DNA from: Camelus dromedarius
Lineage: Eukaryota
Reading direction: 5' to 3'
Assembly (NCBI RefSeq): GCF_036321535.1
Contig: NC_087447.1
Location: 57,908,001-57,972,000, forward strand
Length of the DNA: 64,000 nucleotides
Shown here: positions 38,231 through 50,370 of the stretch, in pieces
How the letters are laid out: each line of letters starts with the position of its first letter
Position numbering within the stretch: the first letter of the stretch is position 1
Notes under the pieces: generated by a model
What the model was told of the DNA's origin: nothing
The model's input: the letters and a program-made list of their open reading frames with translations, nothing else
Database searches by the model: none
Program-made: the position numbers and the translations under genes

Positions 38231-38747
38231 TTTTTTTTTAACCGAAGTATAGTCAGTTTACAATGTTGTGTCAATTTCTGGTGTACAGCATAATGTTTCA
38301 GTCATACATATACACATGTATATTCATTTTCATATTTTTTCATTACAGGTTACTACAAGATATTGAATATAGTTACCTGTGCTATACAGAAGAAACTTGT
38401 TGTCAATGGACTAAATGCTCCAATCAAAAGACACAGAGTGGCAGATTAGATAATAAAACAGGAACCTACAATAAGCTGTCTACAAGAGATCCTCTTTAGG
38501 GAGAAGGACACACAGATTGAAAGTAAGAGGATGGAAAAGACACTTCATGCAAATGGAAATGACTAGAAAGCAGGGGTAGCAATATTCATATCAGACAAAA
38601 TAGACTTTAAAACAAAGGCCATAAAGAAGACAAAGAAGGACACTGTACAAAGATCAAAGGATCAATACAAGAAGAAATTACACGTGTTAACATATATGCA
38701 CCTCATACAGGAGCACCTAAATATATAAAACAAATTACTAACAGACA
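38231..38747 (-). mobile_element. 5'-inverted (twin-primed) L1: 3' UTR tail on - strand (38231-38403) joined to ORF2 endonuclease segment on + strand (38401-38747)
   Basis: The + frame reads VNGLNAPIKRHRVAD*IIKQEPTISCLQE..., the L1 ORF2 EN domain. TSD ttcaatc(a)tttttt at 38224 and 38748, the right copy followed by AA (TTTT/AA site). Confidence 0.88.
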
Positions 38748-39029
38748 TTCAATCATTTTTTTAATCCTTGCAGCCCTGCCTTCTAACACTGTCTTACTCA
38801 GATCCCCACCATCCGAAATGGATATTAGCAAAGCTGTTCTTACTGAAGCAGAAGTTGGAGCCCAGAGCCATTCCCTTCTACCCCTCTCTGAGGCTCCTTG
38901 GTGGAACCCCCCGGGGGTTCCGTGGGGGCAGTTTAAGAAGCACTGCTCTGCACCAGTGCTATTATACAAATGAGGAGAAGGAAGCCCAGGCTGACAAGGT
39001 CTTCCATGGTCTGGCATTAGCTCCATGGC

Positions 39030-39270
39030 CATTGTGGATGTTCCTTCACATACTCTCTCTTCCAGGCCTTTCTATGTGCTATTCTCTCTGTTTGAAACAC
39101 TTGCTGCTCCCCATCATGCCTCACTGTCTTCCCAGCCCTACTCCTGTCTGCCCCACTCCTCCGTGACCTCAGGATCCCAGCTGAGGCCTGTCTGTCCTGT
39201 CCACCATGCCCGATCAATGGTAAGTGCTGTGTATCTCTTTCTTGAATGAGCGAAGAACACTTAAGGAGCC
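39030..39270 (+). mobile_element. L2 3' fragment
   Basis: ccaggcctttctatgtgctattctctctgtttgaaacac...ctgtccaccatgcccgatcaatggtaagtgct...ttgaatgag. Confidence 0.6.
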
Positions 39271-40523
39271 TTCCTGCACAACTGCCCAGCCAGCTCCAAG
39301 GCTCAGAAATGCTGACACCCCCCATCCACCCAAATATGGGGTGGTAGTAAGCAAATGCTCGTCCAGGCTGTGTTGAATCCCTCACATGGAATTCTGACTG
39401 ATGTATGACAGTGTTAGGTTGAAGATCCAGGCAATGGGGAAAATGTGTTTAGAAAATGCAAAGTGAGACACACTTAGAATATATTGGTAGGTCCATGTGA
39501 TGGCTGCTTTCAAAGGGGCCATAGAGATTGGCAGATACCTGTTTCTTATGCTGACAGTGTTCAGACATCATCCTGACCTTCTGCCACACTGAGGGTTTAG
39601 AAATAAACAGGTCTTAAATCTGACTACCTTCTTACCCCAGTAACCATATTCGGTAATCTTCCAAAAGTTCCACAAGGAATTATTCACAACTTCCCTGATG
39701 ACAAAATGGAGCCATAGAACACAGTGTTTGGTATTTCTCAGGCATCTCTGTGGTAGATAAATAAATCTCTCCCAGCAGATTCATCTGATAGGGAAAAAAA
39801 AAACACATAAATATGAATTAATGTTGTGCTAACTTTTTTTCTGAATATGCAACAAGTTAGCAATGCTAAGTCAACATATTCCAAGATTGGCTCTCCCTAT
39901 TAGTATGTGGGCAGTAAATTATGAAGAAAAACTAATTATCTCTTTAGATAGTATCACCCCAAACATTACTTTTACAAGCATTGTGAAATGATTCAACGAG
40001 TTAACTAAAGTCTCGGCTTAAGCATCATTTTATTTAAAGTGACACTTCCTGGCAAACAGTGTTCTAATTAAAAATGAAAATCATATTGGAATTTATTCCC
40101 TGGAAGATAAAGAAGAAACTACAGACTACTTAACAACCTACACGCTGTCACTACTTATCTCTGGCACTAGTCACAAAGGAAAGCTACCTGGAAGGGTAGT
40201 TTCTCTCACGATGACCCCTTCCAATTAGACAGGACTTAGCACTTTATGAAGCATGCTCACAGACATGCTTTCATTTGACCCTCTCAACAGCCCTGCGAAG
40301 CTGGTCTAACAAGAATGAGTGTTAACTTCACCTTATAAATGAGGATGCAGAGGTCGTGGAAGACGCACGTCTTGTTCATGGTCACCCTGCTAGGAGGGGT
40401 TCAGCCGGGCCTTGAACCCCAGCTTTGTGATTCCTGGTGTTGTCATCGCCAGCTAGGCTATGCTTAACATCTGCCTGATGCCTTACGTCATGCTGCAGAG
40501 GGACCCTGAAGGTCTCCTAGGGC

Positions 40524-40740
40524 AGCAGCTCTCAAACTTTATTTCTCAGAAACCTAAAGGTCCACAGTGATACTTAGGAAGTCAACGGCGGTGGGGGGGG
40601 GGGGAGCGAGAAGACAGGGTACTGGGCTCCTATCACAACCAGGGGTTCTGTTTTTATGTCTTACAAACAAGTGTTTCCAGTAAAATTTGTTTGGAAGGAA
40701 GTACTATATTGCTTTAAAAAAAAAGTTTGAAACTCCAGTA
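40524..40740. mobile_element. hAT-Charlie-like MITE
   Basis: Begins cagcagctctcaaactt and ends aaaagtttgaaactccag, resembling Charlie-type termini. Confidence 0.5.
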
Positions 40741-40884
40741 CACTAATCCAAAGTACTCATTTTTACAGACGGGAAAAGACCCATAAAGATCACATAATGT
40801 ATACATGTTCACACCTGAGTGAGACTAGAAACCAGTCCACCACTCTGTGGTTACATCTCTCAGCACAGTGTTTTGTCTACATCC

Positions 40885-41050
40885 GAGGTTCTCCAACCTT
40901 AGTGTGTATCAGGAACACTTGGAGGGCTGGTCGTGGATTTCTGGGTCCTACCTCCTTGGGTTCTGCTCAGGAGGGCTGCAGTGGGGCCCGAGAATCTGCA
41001 CTCCAGGTGCTGCTGCTGAGCCAGAGAGCACGTTCTGAGAACCACTTGTC
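40885..41050. mobile_element. MER5A hAT MITE
   Basis: ggttctccaaccttagtgtgtatcaggaacacttggagggc...gtggggcccgagaatctgcact...ctgagaaccact. Confidence 0.85.
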
Positions 41051-41252
41051 TACAGGAAAGAAAACTGGAAAGTCAACCTAATTGATCAACTAATTGTACA
41101 TACATTTCATCAACTTTACTTCATTCTGAGAAAATGGTAAAAGGACATTCCTTCTTCATAATTTATAAACCCATTGCCTTAACCATGCTACTACACATTC
41201 CTCAACACCTGGCACTGATAGTCTATCACATCAAAGACCCTACACCACCCAC

Positions 41253-41427
41253 GTAGCAGATGGCGTTGATGTCCAGCCCACATCCCTTCATCCAGCCTCT
41301 GAGTTTATCTGCAACTGCAGTGGACAGTCTCCATGCATACTGCCAGCTGCCCATCTCAATGGCTGATCTTTCTTTGTGTCTCTGAGGACATTCTTTAGCC
41401 AACAAGAGCTTGCTTAGTCGACAAGCA

Positions 41428-41458
<31 letters not shown>

Positions 41459-41789
41459 CTTGCGTGTGTATTTAATGTCCCCACTTTCCAGGGCATCCTT
41501 CAAACAATGAGGTCATGAATCTGCAGAAAGACTCCAGATTTCCTCTCCCTCTGTGGGACAATTTTGAAGCTTGTTCAAATGACTCCTCAGAGACTTTCTA
41601 GTGAGACTGAGCCCCAGTCTCCCCAGAATCAACCTGCTCATTCATGCATCCTTTACTGGCATTTCTCCCTTTCCTGTCCACTTCTCCTACTTCCTCATTT
41701 ATGCTTCCAGGGATCACTTCCTAAACAAACTCCCTGCATCTCAAGTTCTTGTCTCAGAGTCTGCTTTTGGGGGAACACAAACTAAGACA
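41253..41789 (+). mobile_element. LTR16-type ERVL solo LTR containing a (TG)n(CG)n tract (41428-41459)
   Basis: Ends ...cttgtctcagagtctgcttttgggggaacacaaactaagaca, the LTR16-family 3' terminus. Confidence 0.75.
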
Positions 41790-42779
41790 CTCTATCTCCA
41801 AGTTCTTCACCGAATTTTTGGAAGCATCACACACTAGTTGACCCACATCCACTCTTGCTCACCTTTTAGTTCTATGCCCTGGGTCTTTATTCGCAGGTCT
41901 TTGGGCTGGCTGACCCAAGTTAGATGTACATGATGGGTGTTAAAAAAATACTACAATGATTGTTGCTGCAGTAACAGTAGCAGGAATACTGACTAATGAA
42001 TCATGTGCAGATACTCATGATTTATTAATTGTATATCTAGTAGTCATTCTTCAGACTGAGGTCCAAGTGTATTTAGTATCAGATCTGTGAAGGGTGACAG
42101 CTTAAAAAACTGGTATTACACATATTTTTCAGGCATCACTATAAAAGCATCCATCAATTCTGAAACGTAGTTAGCTTTCCATTTGTAATATTAAAGTAAG
42201 ATTAACTTTCAGCAAATATTTACGTTTAAGGAGTGGAGTTTCAGCACTGATGGCATCAACATTTCTCAAACTGCAGTGCAAATCTCAATTTAAAAAAAGA
42301 ACTATCTGAGAAACAATTAAGTTGTCCTCAAACTGAAGCCAAATAATGGAGACAGATCCTTTTGGTTAAAAACATAATTAAATGAATCAAACTTCATCCT
42401 AAATAATAGAGCTATTTTGTGTATTTCATTCCAATCATTGTGAGTGGCTTAATATTTTTTTCTTTTTTTAAGAAAACAGCCTCATTGCAGCATAACTGAC
42501 ATATAATAAATGCACATATTTCAAGCATACAACCTAATAAGTTTTGATGTATGTATACACCCATGAAACCATTGTGCAGGCTTATTTTTGAAAGCAATTT
42601 TATGTAGTTTTACATCTATATCATTTTAAAATCCAATTTCTGGAATAATCCATTAATTATTACATTTATGCAGTGATCCATTTTGACTAAAGCTCCTTAC
42701 ATTACTCCCTGTTTGAAATAGCTGTATGAGTATGCTCCAAAATGCGTGTGTGTGAAATAAGTGGCTGGCACAAATCCCA

Positions 42780-43020
42780 GAACTGAGGAGGTATAGCTGG
42801 CAAAGGGTAATAAAAGCTACCACTTGTTTAGCATCTATCATTGCCAAGGTCTGTTTTGTAACTTTTTAGATACATCATTTGTAACCATCACAACAATTCT
42901 ACAAGATCAGTATTACTAATTCTATTTCACCAGTGAGCAAACTGAGACTTGGAGACATTCAGTGACTTAGAGACATTTATGTAACTAGCACATGATGAAG
43001 CTGGGAACTAGATTCATCCC
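42780..43020 (-). mobile_element. MIR SINE
   Basis: catcatttgtaaccatcacaacaattctacaagatcagtattact...gagcaaactgagacttggaga. Confidence 0.75.
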
Positions 43021-43149
43021 ACCAAGCTAATATTTCCCAAACTGTTAATTTATTTAACAAATAGACACCAGGCCCTAGGTGAGATGTTGGAGATAACAGC
43101 AGTGAAGGTCATGGTTCCCAACATCATAAACCTTACAGCCAGTGGTGAA

Positions 43150-43560
43150 GAGATTTGCCATTTCTTTAAAGTATGTTTTGACATAAGTATACATCTTTGA
43201 AACCAACACCACAATAAAGATAATGCACGTACCCATTACTGCCCTAAGTTTCCCCATGATCCTGTGTCATGCCTACCTCCTGACCCTACAGTACTCACAA
43301 CAAAATAACCACTGATCTGCTTTCTCTCACTATGATTAGTTTGGATTTTCTGGAGTTTTAAATAAATGAAATCATACATACGTATTCTTATTTATCTGGA
43401 TTCATCTCCAGATATATTTGAACTTTATCCGGTTAAAAAAATCAACTTTACTAAGGCATGACTTACATACAAAGTCACCAATTTTAAAAGCAGAATTTGA
43501 TGAGTTTTGATATATGAATATTAGCATGTGATCACCACTACCATCATAATACAGAACATG
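43150..43560 (-). mobile_element. Old L1M 3' UTR fragments
   Basis: aaaccaacaccacaataaagataatg...accactgatctgctttctctcactatgattagtttggattttctggagttt. Confidence 0.7.
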
Positions 43561-43583
43561 TGGAAAGGAGTATTCTAATTAAA

Positions 43584-43672
43584 TTTTTTTTTTTAGTGGA
43601 GGTACTGCGGATTGAACCCAGGACCTCAAGCATGCTAAACATGCACTTTACCACTGAGCTATACCCTCCCCC
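43584..43672 (-). mobile_element. tRNA-Ala-derived SINE (vic-1-like)
   Basis: The reverse complement reads ggggagggtatagctcagtggtaaagtgcatgtttagcatgcttgaggtcctgggttcaatccgcagtacctcc plus an A tail. Degenerate TSD aggagtattctaatt / aggaatattttcaatt. Confidence 0.9.
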
Positions 43673-45029
43673 AGGAATATTTTCAATTTAAGCAAACTTT
43701 ACCCTTAAAAGCACAAAGTTGATCCGTTTCAGAGAAAGCCAAGTGCGGTACGCATGGAACATTCCTGCATTATCTCAGGGACACACAAATCAATGCTACT
43801 TTGCCTCCTTAAACCTACACAGCTTTGGGAACTTGCAAGCTTTATTGTTTACAGGGAACCTTTGTGATTGCTTATTACTTTTCTTACAAACACCCCTCTG
43901 GTGCTTTAGGAAATACCTTCAAAGATAAAGTAACAGGAAGGGGTATATTTTGATTCATTCTCCGTGGTGATTCCTCTGTCTCCACAATGGAAAGTTTCAA
44001 CCAGCTCAAAAGTATCTGACAGCCACACTGTCTCAGGCCTCTTTTCTCTCTTCTGGTTTCCCAGCCTGCAGTCTCTTCCCATTCCATTCCTGCCTAAATA
44101 TCACTGTTCCGTGAATCTTTCCAAAGCCTTGCTTTTGGCATGCTGGGAACCCTTCCACAGCTCGCCAGTGTTTACAGGATTGAGTCCAAGTTCTGTAAGG
44201 CCCCCTTCGTATGCTCCACCTGTTTGCATCCATGTTGATGAGCAGCTGGGAGCCACCTCCTGGGCTGAGCCCAGCTGCTGCCCGGGGCGGACTGCAAGTG
44301 TTTCATCTTCCCTGGCCCCCAGCTCAACGTGTGGAGAGGCCTGGGTCTAGAAAATAAGATTTAGGACTGTATTTGTTGCAGAGGGATAAAAATTTATATC
44401 CCAAGTTTTATTTAGAAAGTCTAGGAAGGCTCTTAATTGGCTATTGTTTAAGAAATTTCAGTGATTGATGTGCATGTGGAGATTCGGATGTAACAATAAC
44501 TTAAAGCTTTTATTGCCGCATGCGTAATTTCTTTGTTAAACATGAAGCATGACATGACTGAGTTACTTTCTGAAAAGGATGGTCATTTATCATCTATCCA
44601 GATGTTCACTAAATATCTCTGGAGCACCTAGTACATATCAGGCTCTGTGCTAAGCCCTGGTGGTATATTGGTGAAGCAGAGATACCGCCTACACCCTTCT
44701 AGAGCTAAGAGATTAGCTGATGAGTCATTACAGGGTAAGGAGAGCTACAAAGGGAGGGAAAATGAACGCATCCTGCAAGCTGTGGTGGACACTACTGCCC
44801 TGCCCACATCCCCGTAGCACTCACCAGCAACCCAAAGGCTTCTCCTACCAGGGACTCTCAGGCTGAGTGAGGACTTCTCTGGGATAGGAGCTCAGCCCCT
44901 GCGCCGGTGCAGGCCGGACGTGCTGGGGCATCAGTGCCCTCGGGAGCAGCTCTAAGCCAAAGGCAAAAGAGATTTGAGAGTTAACTACCCAGCCTCCTCG
45001 CCCTCTGGGTGGAACAACTGAGGTTGTTC

Positions 45030-45465
45030 TATATGCCTTAGCATCAGTGGCCATTAACAAAACGCCATAGACTAAGTGGCTTAAACAACAGAAAGTTATT
45101 TTCTCACAGTTCTTAGAGGCTGGTCAGTTGAGATCAGGGTGCCAGCTCAGTTGGTTTCCGGTGAAGCTTCTCTTCTTGGGTGGGGGCAGCCACCAGATGG
45201 CTAAGTGCTCAAGTGACCTCTCGTGTGCCTTCTCAGAAAGAGAGAGAGGGAGATGGAGGGAGCTCCCAGGTGCCTCTTTTTATAAAAACACGAATTCTAC
45301 GGTATCAAGGCCCTACTGTATCAAGGTTCCACCTTCATGATCCCACTGTAGTCCCTCCTTAACTTTTAGTTACCTCCTCAAAGGCCCTATCTCCAGACAC
45401 AGTCATGATGTGGGATTAGGACTTCAACATGAGCATTTTGGGAGGATACAATCCAGTCCATAGTA
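45030..45465 (-). mobile_element. MLT1A/B-type MaLR solo LTR
   Basis: ccatagactaagtggcttaaacaacagaaagttattttctcacagttct...ggattaggacttcaacatgagcattttgggagga...cagtccatag. Confidence 0.9.
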
Positions 45466-45739
45466 TATACTGTGTCCTGGAGTTCTCCATGAGGCTGAGC
45501 CCCAGTTACTCATCTCCCAGCAACTTGTTCGTTAATGCACTCAAGTGGCTTCTTTTTCTTCCCTACTCATTTCCCCATCTTCCCACCAGAGCTTCCTGAG
45601 ACTACCTCCCAAGTTAACAACTTGCACTCAAATCCCAATCTCAAGGTGTGCTTCTGGGGGAACCCAACCAACGAACGGAGCTCATGACAGCAGGACCTGA
45701 CCCAGGCCGGATGCGTCAGGAACTCTTCCCTAAGGGCTC

Positions 45740-46270
45740 TGTGGGAAGCCATTTAAGGTCTTAAAGGAATGATTCTCTGGAAGAATGTGGAGAAAGGATT
45801 TAGAGATAAAAAGTAGATTCAGGGCAACTAACTGGGAAGCTGTTTCTTCAGCCAAATGAGAAGACCGTGACCAGTATTAGGGAGGAGGCAGGGAAGATGC
45901 AGCCTGACACGGTGCCTGGTCCATGAGGAGCTGCTCAACAAATGTTTCTGTATGAAAATTAATGAATGGGTTCAATCTGCCCAATCTGTAGGCTGACGGA
46001 ATTGGAAGACTGATTAGACCTGGAATCTGGGGAAAAGGAGAGAGTCAACAACAAGTTCCCATTTTCAGGCTTGAAAAGCTAAGTGGATGTTGGTGCTATT
46101 TGCTGAACATGGACACAGCCCCAAGGAGGAAGGGCAGGTTGGAGCGGGTAGGAGATAATGAATTTGGGGCATGATGTGCCTGTGAGTCATCTGATGTCGA
46201 GTAGCCAGCTGGGTGCACAGGTTTGGAGTCGGGTCAGAGATGCATATTTGGGTGCCCCCAGACCAGCTGC
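45740..46270 (-). mobile_element. L2 fragment
   Basis: ggaagaatgtggagaaaggattt...gactgattagacc...caagttcccattttcaggcttg...gatgtcgagtagccagctggg. Confidence 0.75.
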
Positions 46271-46559
46271 ATGGGAAATAGGACCCAGAAGAGCCCCACA
46301 TTTCCTGCTTCCTGGCATTCTCTCTAAAATAACATTTTAGAGGGAGTATGAGAGAGAACTAATATTTATTGAGAACCTACTATGTGCCGAGAATTGTACC
46401 ATGTGTTTATTTAATTTTTAGAAGAGTCCAGAGAGGTATACAGTTGTATCTCTATTTACAGGTGCAGAACAGTGATGTAACTTATCCAAGGTCACACAAC
46501 TGGTAAGCAGCTTCAGAAAAAACTCTGGACAGTCTTATTCCAAATTTCATGTTCTTAAA

Positions 46560-47340
46560 GACAGTAAGTATTAAAAAAGCATGGTTTTCTATCCTATGTC
46601 TCTCAGTCTCAATAGACCCTACGATGTGCAATTCCCAAAGTCAGGTGCATTCACCAGCAGGATCTTCCAATTTCAGGGTCCAAAGAACAGTCTCTGTGCA
46701 GCACCCTGTTCATCTACTCATCTCTCACTTGGACAGTTCTCTCTCCAAGTGGTCCCCCTGCTGGTGACCCTACTGCATGTAGCCCTAACCGAAGTCTCCC
46801 AGTTTCTGTCTCTGTAGATTTGCTTTTTCTCGATGTATCATCTAAAAGGAATCACATTACAGCCTTTTGCAATGGTTCTCTTAGCTAGTGTGCTAAGGTA
46901 AAGAGTAAAATGTCTAGTATTTCTTCAACACCATATGAAGTGTAGGGAGTAACCCAGTACCTCATTATTTCTTTTTATTTAAGAATACAGCACACTCTAC
47001 CTTGGATTTGCTAATACTGATGTATATGAAAATGTCCCAGTTATTTTCCCTTCTTCAAACTAATATTTTTTTTGCGGATCAGCATTAAACTTAGGAAGAA
47101 CTGACATTGACAATCTTCAATGTTACACATTTTCTCATCAAGCACATAGTATATCTTTTCCAATGCATTCTGTTAGGTCAAAAGTTTCGAGAACTTTAAA
47201 AAAAGTTATTATTTAGGTTTTGTAGATATACCATCAGTATTGTAGTACACTCTGCGTTCTTTTGTGATATTTTTATATGGCACATTTTCCCATGGTCTGT
47301 TCTAAATTGTTATTTATGATAGACAAGAAAGCTATTGTAT
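46560..47340 (-). mobile_element. Old L1M fragments
   Basis: gaatcacattacagccttttgc...ccatatgaagtgtaggg...gcattaaacttaggaagaactgacattgacaatc. Confidence 0.55.
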
Positions 47341-47736
47341 TAGNNNNNNNNNNNNNNNNNNNNNNNNNNNNNNNNNNNNNNNNNNNNNNNNNNNNNNNNN
47401 NNNNNNNNNNNNNNNNNNNNNNNNNNNNNNNNNNNNNNNNNNNNNNNNNNNNNNNNNNNNNNNNNNNNNNNNNNNNNNNNNNNNNNNNNNNNNNNNNNNN
47501 NNNNNNNNNNNNNNNNNNNNNNNNNNNNNNNNNNNNNNNNNNNNNNNNNNNNNNNNNNNNNNNNNNNNNNNNNNNNNNNNNNNNNNNNNNNNNNNNNNNN
47601 NNNNNNNNNNNNNNNNNNNNNNNNNNNNNNNNNNNNNNNNNNNNNNNNNNNNNNNNNNNNNNNNNNNNNNNNNNNNNNNNNNNNNNNNNNNNNNNNNNNN
47701 NNNNNNNNNNNNNNNNNNNNNNNNNNNNNNNNNNNN

Positions 47737-48075
47737 AACAGAAACAGACTCACAGCCATAGTAAACAATCTTATGGTTACCAGGGAAGGGGGTCGGGGGG
47801 AGGAGGTGGGAAGGGGTAAATTGGGAGTTCAAGATTTGCAAATATTAACAGTAAATATGAAACAGATAAAAAAACAAAATTCTTCTGTGTATAGCACACA
47901 AACTACATTCAGTATCTTGTAGTAACCTATAAAACGAATATATGTATGCATATGTATGACTGAAACATTATGCTGCACACCAGACATTGACACAACATTG
48001 TAAACTGACTATACTTCAATTTAAAAAACAATATAAATAATATACACACAAAAATAAATAAAAAATAAAATGAAA
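47737..48075 (+). mobile_element. Relatively young lineage-specific L1 3' end, preceded by a 393-N run
   Basis: acagaaacagactcacag...cttatggttaccaggg...gacacaacattgtaaactgactatacttcaatttaaaaa. Same tail type as 38231-38400. Confidence 0.9.
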
Positions 48076-48739
48076 TAGTCCAGCTCATAGGAGGGGGAAA
48101 TGAGCAGTTGCTGTTCAACAGGTATAAAGTTTCAGTTATGCCAATGCATACATTTTAGAGACCTGCTATTAAATATAGTGTCTTAACAACATTATGTTGT
48201 ACACTTAAGATTTTGTTAAGAGGGCACAGTGCATGTGTTCCTACCACAATAAAAAAAAATCAACTGGGAATTATATAAATACAATTCTCAAAAGATGGGA
48301 GTTAGAACCTATGCTGCCTTGTTCTCTAGATGTGAGGTGGTATTACTCTGCATGTTCTAATTCTTTTAATATGTTCGTTGGAGGTAGAGCTTCATAGACT
48401 ACTTCCTGGTGTGGGGGTGGGCATCTCACCTGGGTCATAAAAGGCTCCAGAGATTGGGCAAAGCTGATAACCTCAGCCAGGAAGATGAGGTCATTCTTCC
48501 TGCTGGTTGCCGCAATCTTGCAAAAAGCAGCGCCTGAGACATGTTTCTTGGATCAGAAACTAGACCTAAGTGAGAGGCCCTTAGGCAAAAAAAGACTGGA
48601 ACGGTGGTCAGTGGAGTTCCTCCTGGAACCAGGCCCCACCCTGACCTCTCCCACCTCCTCCACACTGATCAGGATCAGTCCTACCTCACGTCTCCAGCCT
48701 CCCATCTTGCTCCCTTCTCCTCTCTGGGACCCTACTATC

Positions 48740-49070
48740 TAATCATTAGTTAATTTCTTTCAGCTCCATAAGAAACTCCTCATCTTCGTTTTTACCTCTT
48801 GGCCTTTGCACATGCCCATCCCTCTGTCCCAGCCCCTCTCACAACCAGCTCTCCAAACTGACTAATTCCTGTTCATTGTCAAGACTTAATTTAGACCTCA
48901 CTTCCTCCAGGAATTTCCCTGAGCCTCAAGACTGGGCGAGGTTTTCCCTTAGTACTCTGCTTTTACCCCCTATTCCAGGGGTTATCCAACTGTGCTGCAA
49001 CTGCCTGTTAATCTGTCTGCCTCTCCCTCCCCCTAGACTGAAAGCTCCATCAGACAGAGAATCTGTCCAA
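48740..49070 (+). mobile_element. L2 3' fragment
   Basis: cctcttggcctttgcacatgccc...cacttcctccaggaatttccctgagcc...ccctagactgaaagctccatc. Confidence 0.75.
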
Positions 49071-49084
49071 CGTCTGACCTCATG

Positions 49085-49690
49085 AGATACCCCAAGTTAG
49101 AACTGCCCAGTCAACTTGCTTCCAAATTCCTGATCCATACAAACTGTGAGATAATAAGTGATTACTATTGTCTTGAGTCACTAAACTTGTGGGTAATTTG
49201 TTATACAGCAGTGGACAACTAATACTATCAAAACTTAGTGGCTTACAACGACCGCATCTCAGATTCTGTAGGTTAGTAATTGGTGATCTCTTGCTCCTTG
49301 GGGCGTCAACTGAGCTCAACTCAGCAACACTCAGCCCCTGGATGGGCTTGCTGGGAGGATCCAAGGTGGCTTCACTCACATGCCTGACACTGTGTGGCTG
49401 GAAGGCAGGACTCAGCTGGTTGACCACAGAGCCTACACTCGGCCTCTGATCATGGTCATCTCAAAGTGGACTTTTTACAAGGCAGCTGGCTTCCCTCAGA
49501 ACAAGTATCCCCCCAAAACCCAGAAGCTGTTGCATGAGTTTTTATGACCTAGTCTTGGAAGTAACATAGAGTCATTTCTGACACATTCTCTTAGTTGAAG
49601 CAGTCATAATCTGGACTTGAGCAGATTCAAGGGGAGGAAACAGAGACCCCACCTCTTGATGGGAGGAGTTATCAAATAATTTGTAGCTAT
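49085..49690. mobile_element. Two MLT1 MaLR LTR pieces tail-to-tail (+ strand 49085-49225; - strand 49226-49690)
   Basis: ttcctgatccatacaaactgtgagataata...taatttgttatacagcag...aactaata, then aaaacttagtggcttacaac...gagaccccacctcttgatgggagg. Confidence 0.8.
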
Positions 49691-49699
49691 TTTTAAAAA

Positions 49700-50370
49700 A
49701 TTAACTTTTATTAACATGTAATTTATATGTAATAAAATGCACCCACTTAAAGACAATTTGACAAGTTTGAACAAATACATACATCCTTGTAACCATGACC
49801 ACTATCAAGTTATAGAACATTTCCTTCATCCCAAAAAGTTCCCTCCTGCCCTCTTGGAATCAATCCCCTCAGTCCCCTTCATGAGCACCAGGCACTAGGC
49901 AACCCCTGATCTGCTTTTAGGATTTTCCAGAATTCCATACGATACAGCTTATAATTTTTCACACTTGGCTTTTTCACTTAGCTAAATTCTTTTGAGATCC
50001 ATCACACTGTTGCATGTATCAATAGTTCATTTCTTTTTTATTATTACTGAGTAGTTTTTATTGTATGAATATAAACTTTTGTTTATGCAGTTACTTGTTG
50101 GTGGACACCTGGGTTATTTCCAGATTTAAATGATTATGATAAAGCTACTTGGACATGCATTTCCCTTCTCTTGAATAAATATCTAAGGGTGCAGGTGATG
50201 GGTCATAAAGTAGGTATGTGTTTAACTTTATAAAAGATTACCAAATTGTTTTCCAAAATGGTTGTGCTTTCTTACTCTTCCACCAACAATACATGAACGT
50301 TCTAAATGCTCCACATCCTTGTCAGCAGATGGTATTATCAATCTTTGCAAGTTTAGCCATTCTACTGGGT
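49700..50370 (-). mobile_element. Old L1M (MC/ME) 3' region
   Basis: ccttgtaaccatgaccactatcaag...gttgcatgtatcaatagttcatttctt...ccaaattgttttccaaaatggttg. Confidence 0.85.

Noticed and set aside
38903-38921. Near-perfect palindrome GGAACCCCCCGGGGGTTCC
   Set aside because: It lies in a probable hAT MITE relic, where such internal symmetry is inherited.
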